Shown: one piece after another, positions 10,824-22,170 of the stretch
Position numbering within the stretch: the stretch's first letter is position 1
How the letters are laid out: the number at the start of each line of letters is the position of its first letter
IMG/VR virus record: IMGVR_UViG_3300009034_000001
Location: 124,001 to 188,000 of that record
Length of the DNA stretch: 64,000 nucleotides
Direction: 5' to 3' (one strand)
Program-made: the position numbers and the translations under genes
Notes under the pieces: generated by a model
Database searches by the model: none
Seen by the model: only the letters and a program-made list of their open reading frames with translations
Told to the model about the DNA's origin: nothing

Positions 10824-12315
10824 AGTCTTGTCTCCTTACCAATGAAAACCAACCACATGTCCAAACTTTTTTATTTCCCATTCCTTGGTTTTCCATCCCG
10901 CATCTAGCCACCTTTTTTGCTTTGCCTTACAACCCTTTCTTGTACATTTTCGATAGATTGCATTAAACATGTAATTGTGATAGTATTTCCATTTATGAAG
11001 CTTTAACCTGCACAATAACTTGTTTAGCATTGGAACCTCAAATACTCTCTTTTCACAAGGTAATTTATAATAATCAACCAATAAATTACCTTTATATTTC
11101 TCTTTAGCACCTTTACAAGAGGTTATAAATTCTGGACAAGTGGCACATTTATGATGCATCATTGTACATCTCCTTTAAAATTGAATCAATTTATTTTTAT
11201 GTAACCATAGTCATACCTTTATCAATAAGATATCCTTGGTGGTTGGCACTTTTACCGGAAAGAACGTGCCAAGTCCCTTACTCACAATAGATTCAAACGC
11301 GTCAGACTCATTGAGAAGTGCAAGTACACGCGGACCTTTATGTAAATAAAACTCATTCCAATTTATATCAAATGTGCTTGGAAACTCAATTCCGCCAATT
11401 ATTCTATCAATATGCCTCAAAAGCTTCTTCTGTATAACAGTTGAGTACAACACAGCAACACGCTTGCAACTATCAAATGGTGAAACACCGAAGTTACAAT
11501 TACGGAACTTTTCCACTTGTTCAGTAAAGTCATGAATAAACTCATAAATTGAACAGTGAAAATGTTTAAACATCCCTCTTAACGAACAGTTAGATAACGA
11601 CTTTAAACAAGCAACAATATTAACAGGGTTGCCGGTTTTCATTTGTGACCAAATGAATCGTGACCACATTTTATCCGGGAAGAATTTATTGTAAATACTT
11701 GGATAATCCGAAAATATTTCCCACGATGTAACGTGGTTGTGAGATAACATGCGACTATACTGCAAAAAGTAAGCGGAATTATCTTCTATGGTTTCAGCAA
11801 GCGGTAACCGTGCAATGTCGGTTTCAGACCTAATTGATTGTGCTTTAATTGGATATACTTTACAATCAGCTCGTGAACAATATACCTTGATCAACGCAAC
11901 AGTAACATCTGGCGTGTCAATCAAAATCCCGTCTGGTACATTGTCAATCTTTTTTGGAGTCACTTGTAACACCCTAGGCTGCTTCTTAATATTAAAGCCA
12001 ACACTTGAACGTCTAAGAAATCCAACTTCATGCCTACTTGCCCAGTAGCTACCAAAGTCCCATTTACTATCCCGCCATCGTCTTATTGGTTCCCAGGTTA
12101 TGTTAGGTATCAACATAAGTTGAAGTGACGCCAGATGTTCAACATTATACTTCTTGAACATTGAAGGCTCTGACTCACACAAGCAAGCAAGGTTTGAATC
12201 ACAAATAAAACACGCGGCTACAGACTTCCATCTTCCAAAACATCTCGGCGTGAACTTAAAAATTCTAGAGTACCAAGACCTCTCTTTATGTCTATAAGTT
12301 CTTTTCACAAATCCT

Positions 12316-12483
12316 TCACCCAGTTTCTTTAATAATTGACTTTAACTTTTCCCGGTCACGTTTCCTGTTGTATTTCTTTTTTTTAACAACATGAACCTGT
12401 GTTGGCCTCCCGACTGGAATGCGTATCTTAACATCATCAAGATTAATTTCAATCCGTATCTTCTTTTTCCTTTGTTTACTCAT
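12316..12483 (-). CDS. 55-aa very basic protein (absent from ORF track)
   Basis: MSKQRKKK...RIPVGRPTQVHVVKKKKYNRKRDREK...; ATGA overlap with upstream gene. Confidence 0.6.
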   Translation of the reverse strand: MSKQRKKKIRIEINLDDVKIRIPVGRPTQVHVVKKKKYNRKRDREKLKSIIKETG

Positions 12484-13088
12484 GGCACTTGTGAAAAACG
12501 AAATAACCCTTTTCCAGGGACAATTATATATTTATGTTCGAATATGAACAAATATAAATCCCTAGTCAACTTAACGTCATTGATACAATAAGAAACTAAC
12601 TCACCCCACCTGCCAGCACGCCACAGCAATGGAGCATCAGCTCCATGACCAGTCTTTCCAGACTTGTTTAAGGTGCCTTTCACGCAAGCATCCAAGCCAA
12701 AACCGCCATGAGTTTTATGTACATATTCAACCCCAAGACCTGCTGCTAACCAAGTTTGCCTGAGAATATCAAAATCAACAGGGCCAATATCCGGATTAGT
12801 GGTACGACTTATAATTGGATATCCCGAGTGTTTCATCACGTTATAATCAAAATGAATATGATTAAATCCAATAATTACATCAGCAGAATTAAGTCGGTTT
12901 TGTAATCCATCTAATGTATGTTCATCAAATACTATAAAACGATCAAATGCAAGCTCGTATATTACAGCACAAGATATTCCCATCTCATCATGTGATTGCC
13001 AGCCTCGCGAACACTCCTCAATGGGCTTCTTAATCTCCAAATCAAAAATCACTCTGTCCTTAGTACCTAACGAGTTATGAAATTTCAT
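12480..13088 (-). CDS. RNase H-fold / DEDDy-like exonuclease (YprB-like)
   Basis: FDLEI, IGFNHIHFD, YCINDVKLT. Confidence 0.75.
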   Translation of the reverse strand: MKFHNSLGTKDRVIFDLEIKKPIEECSRGWQSHDEMGISCAVIYELAFDRFIVFDEHTLDGLQNRLNSADVIIGFNHIHFDYNVMKHSGYPIISRTTNPDIGPVDFDILRQTWLAAGLGVEYVHKTHGGFGLDACVKGTLNKSGKTGHGADAPLLWRAGRWGELVSYCINDVKLTRDLYLFIFEHKYIIVPGKGLFRFSQVP

Positions 13089-13366
13089 GCTTCACCCCTC
13101 CAAATATTATCAAATCTATTTTCTTAATTCACGTATCATTCGTATCTTGAATTGATTTTCAAGATACTCACGCCAACACTTCCATGGTGCAGAACAATCT
13201 TCTGACTCACATCGTCCAGTGAAATAGTCATGTAAACTCAACGGACATTCGCCACATTGGTCAAACACATATTTACAAGCTTCTACCAATATCTTCCCTG
13301 TTGTAACTTTTACATTCGGAACTATATCTTTTAGTTTACGCTTTTCCATATCATCACCCCACTAAA

Positions 13367-14623
13367 TTATCGTTTTGCGAGGAATGGGTCACTAGAGTTT
13401 TCACTGCACATTTCTTTGGGTGAATCTATTTCTGTGGATTCTTCAACACCTTTATTAAAGCCAATTGATGGCTTGAAGATATGAAAGTTTTCTTTAACAA
13501 TCTCAACTGCTGATTCAACATACTTTGTTATACCATTAGAATTATGTTTCGCAGCCAACAACTTAGCGGTATCAGCAATTTCACTTACATGAGCTCCAGT
13601 CAATTGAGTTAAATCCTTCGCATTCGAAGGCATTTCAACGCCAACAAACTTCTTGAAAAGTTGATTCAATTCCTCTTTTGTAGGATATTCAAACCGTAAC
13701 CGTCTATCAAATCTACAAGGTCTTACAATTGCTTTATCAAGGACGTCAAACCTGTTTGTTGTTGCTACGATTACAATCGGCAGCTCGTAAGGCTCAATGC
13801 CACTCAACGAAGATAGTAACGGGCCAATTGTTTCGGATATACCAACACGCCTATCGTAAGCAATTAAATCAATGTCTTCAAGTACAATTAACGCCGGAGT
13901 TAAATATTGATTTACAAATGTAAACAATTGATCCACGGAAGCTTCTTTACCACGAAAACAGCTTTCGTCGCTAATGTAAATACATGTTATATTGTTACTT
14001 GTAAGCATGTTAAAAGCAGCTGAGACTAATGAAGTCTTTCCTAACCCGGGATCTCCATGCAGTAAGACGCTCCGTTTCTTTACAACGTTGTGCAATCGAG
14101 GTTCCATTAGAAAGTCCATTACATTTAACTTAAATTCTTCCTTCAACTTTGGCTTCAAAATTACCCCTGCTAACGTCTCATTTGGCGTTTTTGCAAATTG
14201 GAATGTGAGTCCTGGACCAACCTTTAAACACTTACCTTTGTAGAAGTTAGATTCTTTAAACGCATCGACATACCAGCGTTCTAATGCCTCCAAGTCATGA
14301 GCAGTTTTGCCCATAAGTTCAACATGATATGTGTTATATCTGGCGTCATAAATAGCAGTCAGCACACCCGGCTTAAAGACTGCTAGGATGTCCTGAAAAA
14401 CCTTTGTCCTTTCATTCAAACCGGTTTGAATCGATGTTGAAGACGGAGGATCAGTGGGCTTCCTGACGTCGCCACACACAATACAATGTTTGTTAATCAT
14501 CTTTGTAATTGCATAACAAGCAATGGTAATTTCGGCCTTAAAGTAGGTAAAAGACATTGAATGGTTTGATGTATCCTTCGTTAAATCAACTAACTGACTT
14601 TTGAAATCTCTCTCCTTTATCAT
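13367..14623 (-). CDS. AAA+ ATPase
   Basis: Walker A GDPGLGKT, Walker B LEDID, ATTN, RPCRFDR. Confidence 0.88.
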   Translation of the reverse strand: MIKERDFKSQLVDLTKDTSNHSMSFTYFKAEITIACYAITKMINKHCIVCGDVRKPTDPPSSTSIQTGLNERTKVFQDILAVFKPGVLTAIYDARYNTYHVELMGKTAHDLEALERWYVDAFKESNFYKGKCLKVGPGLTFQFAKTPNETLAGVILKPKLKEEFKLNVMDFLMEPRLHNVVKKRSVLLHGDPGLGKTSLVSAAFNMLTSNNITCIYISDESCFRGKEASVDQLFTFVNQYLTPALIVLEDIDLIAYDRRVGISETIGPLLSSLSGIEPYELPIVIVATTNRFDVLDKAIVRPCRFDRRLRFEYPTKEELNQLFKKFVGVEMPSNAKDLTQLTGAHVSEIADTAKLLAAKHNSNGITKYVESAVEIVKENFHIFKPSIGFNKGVEESTEIDSPKEMCSENSSDPFLAKR

Positions 14624-16069
14624 TTAAACCTCCTTCAATTCAATTACTTGTTCACATGGAAGTGACAGTTGATGATGACTTGTAAGTATTACCTGACTAA
14701 AATCCCTAACACGATCTGCCAAAGCAGAAGTAGCAAGGTCAAAGTTTTTATCATCTAATGAATCAAAAGCGCTATCTAGCACCAATGTAAAATCCTTACC
14801 CCCAAAGTGTAACCTTGCAAGTACCCGTGAAATTACAACGCGTAGCAATGTTGCAATTAAATCAATTTGACCGCCAGAATACGTATCAAGCGGTCTACCG
14901 CCAACAATGAGTTCAAAATCATTAGTAAGTTCTAGCCTTCCAAAGTTTGTATATGAAAGGAGTACCTCCGTTGCAGATTGTGAAATGTACTTCGAGTAGC
15001 CATACAGTAACCAACTCCTAAACTCTGTCAAAGCAACACGTAAATCCGACTGTCTCTTACGTTCCGTCCACTGTTCAATTTCGGAAAGTAAGTACTTTAT
15101 TTCAGTTTCGAGTGACGAAGCTTTCTTAATGTCCTCAAACATTTTATCCGTAGTTGATTGTGCTAACCTTTTTAATGTAGCTATATCCTCATTAGGAATT
15201 GAAGACAACACAGTATTAATATTATAAACCTTCCTTTGATATTCAGCACATTTTTGACTGAGTAGTACCAGTTTCTCCTCAATCTTTTGCCTACTTATAT
15301 CTTTGTTCAAACACACGGGACAAACCTTACAGCCAAGTCTTAACGTAAGTTTTAACAAACCTTCTAGGCCTGACAACATATTTACCGTCTTTGTCAACTT
15401 TGTTGCAGAAGTATTCAATTCATCCTTTCGGCCAAGCCATTCTTTATACAACTCGGCACGTTTTAGTTTCCTCCGAGCGTCTTCAGCTGTAAGTGCGTCC
15501 TCTACTGTAAAACCAGCAATAAGATGTTTCAAACCTTCCAATTCGGAACGCTTCTGTGACAACGACCCCCCCATATCTGGCGGTGAGCCTCTTAACAGCC
15601 TTAACTTTTGAGTACACCGGTCAACAATATCCACACCCAACAGTTTTGACAAAACTTGTTTCCTCATGCCTTCGGTTGCCTTTGCAAGTAGATCGCATTC
15701 CTTCTGTTTGCACAAAAATGTGTGATGAAAGAGCTTTTCATCAACAAGGAACTTCATAAATGTCTTTGTAACTTGCGCTAATCCTTTAACTTCTTCTCCG
15801 CCAATCGTTGCATGAGCTTTACTCAAACCCCTTGTTGCATCAAAAGGATGTCCAAAGATGTCGCCAATCATTCGTACTTCCAAATCCTTTGCGTAATTAT
15901 CCTTACTTGAACGTAGTGCAGTTGTGCCTGCAAGTAAAAAGTGAATTGCTTCCGTTATATTCGATTTACCACTCCCATTGGGCCCGTATATAAAAATCAA
16001 TCCAGGTTTCAAATTAAACTCTCGGATCCCCGGAAGTCCAAAGTTTGTCGTTTTCAAATATTTAATCAT
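14624..16069 (-). CDS. sbcC: SbcC/Rad50-like ATPase
   Basis: GPNGSGKS, CPVC zinc hook, YSGGQ signature, LDSAFDSLD, TSH. Confidence 0.88.
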   Translation of the reverse strand: MIKYLKTTNFGLPGIREFNLKPGLIFIYGPNGSGKSNITEAIHFLLAGTTALRSSKDNYAKDLEVRMIGDIFGHPFDATRGLSKAHATIGGEEVKGLAQVTKTFMKFLVDEKLFHHTFLCKQKECDLLAKATEGMRKQVLSKLLGVDIVDRCTQKLRLLRGSPPDMGGSLSQKRSELEGLKHLIAGFTVEDALTAEDARRKLKRAELYKEWLGRKDELNTSATKLTKTVNMLSGLEGLLKLTLRLGCKVCPVCLNKDISRQKIEEKLVLLSQKCAEYQRKVYNINTVLSSIPNEDIATLKRLAQSTTDKMFEDIKKASSLETEIKYLLSEIEQWTERKRQSDLRVALTEFRSWLLYGYSKYISQSATEVLLSYTNFGRLELTNDFELIVGGRPLDTYSGGQIDLIATLLRVVISRVLARLHFGGKDFTLVLDSAFDSLDDKNFDLATSALADRVRDFSQVILTSHHQLSLPCEQVIELKEV

Positions 16070-16088
16070 AGCTATTCCATCCCGTAAA

Positions 16089-17036
16089 TTAAATTTTCTC
16101 TAATTCTTCCTTTAACATGGCAGCGCCGGGCTCCAAAAATTCGACTTTGCCAGCTTCCTGACACCAAGTTGCATATCGTTCTAGTAATGTTCCATGAGTA
16201 ACTTGAGCTTCTTCCACAAGCATTTCCTCACTTTCGGTATCACAAATTACATGAAAAGCCCTCTTTTTTAATGTGCCAATATCTAAATCAAACTCAAACG
16301 AGCCAAGAAGTCTAATAATCTTCCCATCTAATTTCTGTGGCAAGTCTTTAATGTTCCTAACTGTCAATAATTCCCTAGAACGAACGGGATAAAAAGTTGG
16401 CTTCCAATCATGAATCATTACGTAACCGCCCACAAATCCTTCCTCCGAAAAGTTACGCCGTTCTAGCGAACCAGGATAAACCAATTTCCCTTTCACAAAG
16501 TGCCTATGTAAATGTCCACCAGCAATATATTTATATCGATCCTGATCAATCTTATGAATACTGTCAACATGCTTAAACTCCTCAACACCCGAAGTTGCAC
16601 AGTGTATAAGTAAGATGTCAGCATTTCCTGGCGGAATTGGTTTACCATATGGAACGCATATAATTGACACCGGACCCTTACTGGTATTAACTTTTATACG
16701 TTGAGACTCAGTTACTACAGTAATATTTTCACCTGCCAACACTTCCACCGGCGACTTATCAAATGGACTAGCATCATCATGGTTCCCAGGTATTACAACA
16801 ATTGGAATGTTGAGCTGTTTCAACTTGCCGGCAACAATTTGTGCAAGATTCGGTGGCTTACGTTTGTCGTAGAGATCGCCAGCAATTAACATAAGGTCTG
16901 GATGACATTGACGAATTTCCTTCACCGTCTGGATGAAAGTCCGGTAGAAATCGGCCTCTCTTGCATTCATTTGTTGGGTATACTTACCATAAGCCCGGAA
17001 ACCGAGATGGGCATCAGCAATGTGTGCAATTATCAT
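16089..17036 (-). CDS. sbcD: SbcD/Mre11-like metallophosphoesterase nuclease
   Basis: ADAHLG, AGDLYD, PGNHD, GHLH, YPGS; adjacent to sbcC. Confidence 0.9.
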   Translation of the reverse strand: MIIAHIADAHLGFRAYGKYTQQMNAREADFYRTFIQTVKEIRQCHPDLMLIAGDLYDKRKPPNLAQIVAGKLKQLNIPIVVIPGNHDDASPFDKSPVEVLAGENITVVTESQRIKVNTSKGPVSIICVPYGKPIPPGNADILLIHCATSGVEEFKHVDSIHKIDQDRYKYIAGGHLHRHFVKGKLVYPGSLERRNFSEEGFVGGYVMIHDWKPTFYPVRSRELLTVRNIKDLPQKLDGKIIRLLGSFEFDLDIGTLKKRAFHVICDTESEEMLVEEAQVTHGTLLERYATWCQEAGKVEFLEPGAAMLKEELEKI

Positions 17037-17606
17037 TTTGGAATTTCCTCCAATGCAATCTTTCTTTTCACATAGTAAATTTTTTGGTTAACATTCGCTA
17101 TTATTAAGTCATCAATTATAACAGAAAAACATTCCCAACCATAACGTGACAAATAGGACAATAATGGTTTAACATCGGAATAGCCTGTAAAGTCTTGAAC
17201 AACAACCGATATTTCTTTCCTTTCACTTGTAACCAATCGATATCCTTCTGGAGATTTAACCACTATTCCATATTCCCAGCCCCACACATCCATTTTAATC
17301 CTCCTTACCAGTTTTAATATACTTCTTTGCTTATTTCCGCACAAGCCTCATGTCCATCTACATCCTCATGAAACAAAAATGTCCTTCCATATAACTCAAA
17401 GTATACCCAACCATTTCCAAGATTCTTAATAATTTTTGCATCACATGGTAACGTGTCAGGATAAAACTGTACTGAACTTGCCTGTGCCAACTGGTTCTGT
17501 TTATGAACATCAAAACCGTAAGCAAAAAACACAATAAAACCTAAAACCACTATCAACAATGCTTCCTCTATAAGCCAACTTCGATTCATATATTTACCTC
17601 TAAACT

Positions 17607-18635
17607 TTATTTTGCAAAGTTGTCATATTTCCTCAAAACGGAATCATCCATCAGATGATTTAAAACGAGATCCGAAACACTTTTTATACGCTTGTTTGAC
17701 CACCTTAGATAAGTTCCCAGTTTAAGTACAAACTCCTTTCCAAGAGCTTCGTGATGCACGTAGGTACTTCTATCAAGTTTATGAACCCGCACAAACGGTT
17801 TTGCAATGTCATGGAGCAATAAAGCCCACGCTACCTCAATATCCAACGAATCGCATACTGAAGAATAAGCATCAAGCGCAGTTAAAGTATGTTCCCATAA
17901 ATCACGGTTGTGCCATTTGTTATTCTGATCGTAATCTACTTGAACTGAGAGTTCAGGTAAAATATAATTGAGTACTTCAGTTCTATCCAAGAAACTTAAT
18001 CCTCTTGAAGGTTTATAACTCAGTAACAATTTGTCAATTTCTCCAACCCAACGTTCCTTACTAACACCCAATATCTTATAATTCACTTTTTTTGCACAAT
18101 CTTCCGTCTTAGCATCAACATGAAAGCCAAGTTGTGAAGCAAAACGTGCAGCTCTTAACAGTCTCAATGGATCCTCGCGAAAACGAGACGTGGGATTACC
18201 TACAGCACGAATTAATTGCTTTTCAATATCTCGACTACCACCAAAGGGGTCTATATACCTATTACCTCTTTTAGCAATTGCGTTCATAGTGAAATCTCTT
18301 CTACTAAGGTCAGCCGTGATATTATTAACAAATTCAACTTGAGGTTTACGAGATCCAGTAATATACTTCTCTTTTCGGAACGTAGTTATTTCCACCATCC
18401 TTCCATCTACCTTCACTCCCAAAGTTCCAAATTTCTTGCCAACTAAATATGGCCTTCTTTGAGCCTTTCTAATACGGTTTTCAATTTCATCCGGAGGCAG
18501 AGGTGTAGTGAAATCGTAATCCTTCGGATCAACACCCATCAGCTCATCCCTAACGGAACCACCTACGAGATAGACAGGACAAACCAAGCCTTCAACGTAT
18601 TTAACAATCTCTTTATGTGTCATCCTCTTTGCCAC
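17607..18635 (-). CDS. CCA-adding enzyme / poly(A) polymerase family NTase with HD domain
   Basis: VGGSVRD, DYDFTT, RRDFTMNA, EDPLRLLRAARF, LLHDIAKP. Confidence 0.9.
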   Translation of the reverse strand: MAKRMTHKEIVKYVEGLVCPVYLVGGSVRDELMGVDPKDYDFTTPLPPDEIENRIRKAQRRPYLVGKKFGTLGVKVDGRMVEITTFRKEKYITGSRKPQVEFVNNITADLSRRDFTMNAIAKRGNRYIDPFGGSRDIEKQLIRAVGNPTSRFREDPLRLLRAARFASQLGFHVDAKTEDCAKKVNYKILGVSKERWVGEIDKLLLSYKPSRGLSFLDRTEVLNYILPELSVQVDYDQNNKWHNRDLWEHTLTALDAYSSVCDSLDIEVAWALLLHDIAKPFVRVHKLDRSTYVHHEALGKEFVLKLGTYLRWSNKRIKSVSDLVLNHLMDDSVLRKYDNFAK

Positions 18636-19438
18636 TATGCCCGCTCCTTCCAGAAGTCCTTAATGATACTTGTGCACAACTCGTTTGCCTTATTAAAATT
18701 TGGCTTTGCAGGTAACTTGCTCCTTACAAATGCTTCTTCGGCTAACTTGAATAAATGTTGTGCTTCATCTTGCACCTTTTCAAGTGGCCATTCCCCTCGT
18801 TTAATAGCAATTAACTGTTGTCTATCGTGTCTCAGCACATTGAGTTCACCTGTAATCAATAGTTCTATTCCCATCTTGAGTAACCTAATCAAGTGGCCAG
18901 CATTCTTACAGTCATAGCCAAACTTCTCAACCAACTCTTTCCTCTTTTGTCCCATGTAGCCTTCAAATCTGAAATGTGTCATCCGTCGTAACTGTCCGTA
19001 AGCATAGCCAGTAAAAGACTTATAACATTGTTTAGATATGAACATATCACGGTTTTCGATAAGTCGGTTTCCCAAATCAGTTTTTAGGATGTAATGGTTT
19101 GGACTAAGCCATAATAAACCAAGCACATTAGGATTTCCCTTAAGCAACAACCGTATATATTTCTTAATGTCGTATACAACCAAATCGATACTTCCTTCGA
19201 AACAGTCATAACTCTCAAACTTCTTTAATCCAAGATAGTAATCTTTTGGAGAAACAGAAACGCCTATAATGTCAATATCATCAATATGACTTGGCACGTA
19301 GGTTCCATGTGCTTTACTACCACGGTATCCTCTAAGAATACAATCTTTATGGTATGGACAGAAGCCGAGTTGAACTGCACGAGAACAAAAGCTAGAATTT
19401 CTACTGTCACATAGACTACAATCTTTCCATCTGTCCAT
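18635..19438 (-). CDS. Pol-beta-superfamily nucleotidyltransferase (RlaP/YcgL-like)
   Basis: GSKAHG..DDIDIIG, KGNPNVL, HLIRLL, IKRG. Confidence 0.8.
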   Translation of the reverse strand: MDRWKDCSLCDSRNSSFCSRAVQLGFCPYHKDCILRGYRGSKAHGTYVPSHIDDIDIIGVSVSPKDYYLGLKKFESYDCFEGSIDLVVYDIKKYIRLLLKGNPNVLGLLWLSPNHYILKTDLGNRLIENRDMFISKQCYKSFTGYAYGQLRRMTHFRFEGYMGQKRKELVEKFGYDCKNAGHLIRLLKMGIELLITGELNVLRHDRQQLIAIKRGEWPLEKVQDEAQHLFKLAEEAFVRSKLPAKPNFNKANELCTSIIKDFWKERA

Positions 19439-19526
19439 AACTACCCTTTCTTCTTATTAACCTTACTTTGTCCAATCCAAATAAAAATTACTATCAGTAT
19501 ATACCAACCAATTGAGCCCATACCCT

Positions 19527-20576
19527 TCACCTCATTTGAACAAATTTGTGTATCTGAGTACCAAGGATGACGTCCTTACCTTTCCAAAAGTTAGACATCA
19601 AAATATCCGCAACGTTACTCAATCGTTTAAGGTATTCATTAACATCAAACGGGACCGGAGACACTGGAGACAAAACAAAGGCTGCGGTTGACATTTTTTC
19701 TACTACATACTTTGCAAACTCTAGATCTTCAATGCCGTCCAGAAGTAACTTGAACTGAACGAAAGGCCGAGGATGTTGTGGATCAAAGAAATGCTGTCTT
19801 TGGTCTAGCCAGAAACGTTTGTAAATCTTCATGGGAACGTCCAAATTGTTTTTAACCTTTGAACTCGGTCCTTTTATATCTACGGAAATCAAGCCATTCA
19901 CCAAGTCAAACACCTCAGGGTTCCAAATTGTGCCATTGGTTTGTAGCATTATTTGGCAACCAAATCGACGTAACATATTTATCAAATACTTAGCGGCTGA
20001 AGGTTGATGTAGCACCTCACCGCCAGTAAGGAAAATCACACTATTTCTTAACGGACTATATTCATCATGTGCGTTAACACAATGAACTTCATCAAGTAAC
20101 CGACGAATCGACCAATTCTGACCTTTTCCCCAACTATACTTTGTGTCGCAATATGGACACTGGAGGTTACACCCCGAAAATCTAATAAATGTAGCAGGGG
20201 TTCCCACCTCATGTCCTTCGCCACAAACGGACCGGAACACATCTTCAGCAAGCCTTACTGGAACCGTTCTTTCAAACCAAGCTTGTGGCAAATCATTCAA
20301 ATCTTCTTCATACAAACCTAAATACTCTATCTTATGAGAACGGTAACTGTTTACCGCGTCAACAAAATATTTAAAGTATCCAGGAATGTCAAATCCGCCA
20401 AAATATTCAATAAAAAGTTGTGGGTGTTTAATATAACAATCCGGACTGATTATACCATCAGGTTGTGGATAGCAATTCTCAAAATCCAAACCCAAATCGT
20501 GGAAAAAGTAAATAATCTTGTCAATTTGATTAGCAAACATATCTTGGAATTTTATTTCGATCTTTTTTCCAGTCAT
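19527..20576 (-). CDS. queE: QueE 7-carboxy-7-deazaguanine synthase (radical SAM) with ~100-aa N-terminal PD-(D/E)XK-like domain
   Basis: FRSVCGEG..GTPATFIRFSGCNLQCPYCDT, TGGE, QTNG, QIHK. Confidence 0.85.
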   Translation of the reverse strand: MTGKKIEIKFQDMFANQIDKIIYFFHDLGLDFENCYPQPDGIISPDCYIKHPQLFIEYFGGFDIPGYFKYFVDAVNSYRSHKIEYLGLYEEDLNDLPQAWFERTVPVRLAEDVFRSVCGEGHEVGTPATFIRFSGCNLQCPYCDTKYSWGKGQNWSIRRLLDEVHCVNAHDEYSPLRNSVIFLTGGEVLHQPSAAKYLINMLRRFGCQIMLQTNGTIWNPEVFDLVNGLISVDIKGPSSKVKNNLDVPMKIYKRFWLDQRQHFFDPQHPRPFVQFKLLLDGIEDLEFAKYVVEKMSTAAFVLSPVSPVPFDVNEYLKRLSNVADILMSNFWKGKDVILGTQIHKFVQMR

Positions 20577-21588
20577 AATATTTCTCCCAATTAAAACTTA
20601 ATGTGCGTAATGTAATTTACGGCAACCCATTTAACAGCTGTGTACACCCCAAGAACAAAAAATGCCAACAAGGAAAGACTCATCAAAAACGACTTGAAAT
20701 TAACATCTCGAGGTTCAATTTCGGTATGACCACATTTTTTACAAGTTTGAACTGGCTCAGAATGTAATTGCAAACATTTTACACACTCATAAATTTTCAT
20801 TTATTAACCTCCCCAAGACTTCTTTTTTTTGAAATGTGGACACTGTGAGCATGTAAAGGAAACAAAGCTGGTTTCCAATGCAACCCAACTCAAACATAAA
20901 TTATAATGCTTACAATCCAAATATCGATGATTACGAACATCTGGAACCGCCAAAGCGTCAAATAACTCAGTGGGCTTACAGCCAAACTTCTTTAATTCAT
21001 GAAAGATAGACTTCATTTCTCCGGCATCGATCTTACTACTTACGCTTAGTATAATCCTTCGGAGATCGTAAGCAATTATCCTAAATACTGTAAACACCGA
21101 ATACCGACCATGAAATCTACGAGGATGTTCACCATTAAGAAACCGTTTCACAAAATCTTCACGTTCCGGAACAGAAACAACAGATTTATCAATACGCCTA
21201 TTCACGTGTCCCTCTACTGTGGCACTACTCTCTTCAGTATGATTCTGAATTTCCGACATAGACACACCTCCTACGAGAAGTGAGTTATCACAATTTTTAT
21301 TATTTTTTGTAGTTGAGTTGACATAAATAATATTAGTGTATCTTTTTACGTGCCTTCATGGTCCATTCAACTAAATTAATCCAAGTTTCCACTCGCTCAT
21401 TGTAGCACATCTCCTTACCAGCGATGGCTTTCCAGTAGAGGCTATAAAGTGAGTTTAGACAATCCGGACAAAACCAATGTTTTGCAGTAAAGTCAAAAAT
21501 TAAGCCGCCTTCACTCCAATCGGCACAACAAACTTCACAAATTGTCCTATTTGGATTTAACATATAAAATCCTCACACACTTATTAGG

Positions 21589-22170
21589 TTAAAGTAAATC
21601 AAATTTGTTAATATACCTATACCATTTATTCCGAGGTGTTATTGGATACAATAACGACGTTCGTCTATCCCGTTTGCCAACTGGAAGCAAATACGTAGGC
21701 ACAATAACATTCAGAGTCAAACTTTTATCTTGTAAAATAAAAATGGTAATGTTACTGTCATACCGCGCGACATACGGACAAAATTTGTAACCTCTAGGAT
21801 CTAATTGTACCTTTGAAGCCAAAAGTCTTACAATTTTATCATTAACACGAATGTAGCTACCACGCGAGACTCTCGTAACCACAAATCCTTTCCTTTTTAG
21901 AAGTTGTGTAAATTCCTCCTTTGCACGTGAAAACCAACACTTGCCCCACGAGAAAGTCTTACACCTATTTACTACTCTTTCGCGTTTCTGACTTAAACCT
22001 AACTTATCAATAACTTGTCGAGCGTACTCCCTTGTAAAACCAAAGTATCTACCAATATCTGCCTTAGAACACAGTGGATCGTGATACATCCGCATAAACT
22101 GTTGCATAGCGCCGGGACCATAAAGTTCCTCAAATTTATCCTTAAAAGTTTGGCTCCTTCGCCTTCGCAT
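21589..22170 (-). CDS. HTH-containing basic DNA-binding protein
   Basis: KADIGRYFGFTREYARQ resembles a sigma region 4 type HTH. Confidence 0.45.
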   Translation of the reverse strand: MRRRRSQTFKDKFEELYGPGAMQQFMRMYHDPLCSKADIGRYFGFTREYARQVIDKLGLSQKRERVVNRCKTFSWGKCWFSRAKEEFTQLLKRKGFVVTRVSRGSYIRVNDKIVRLLASKVQLDPRGYKFCPYVARYDSNITIFILQDKSLTLNVIVPTYLLPVGKRDRRTSLLYPITPRNKWYRYINKFDLL

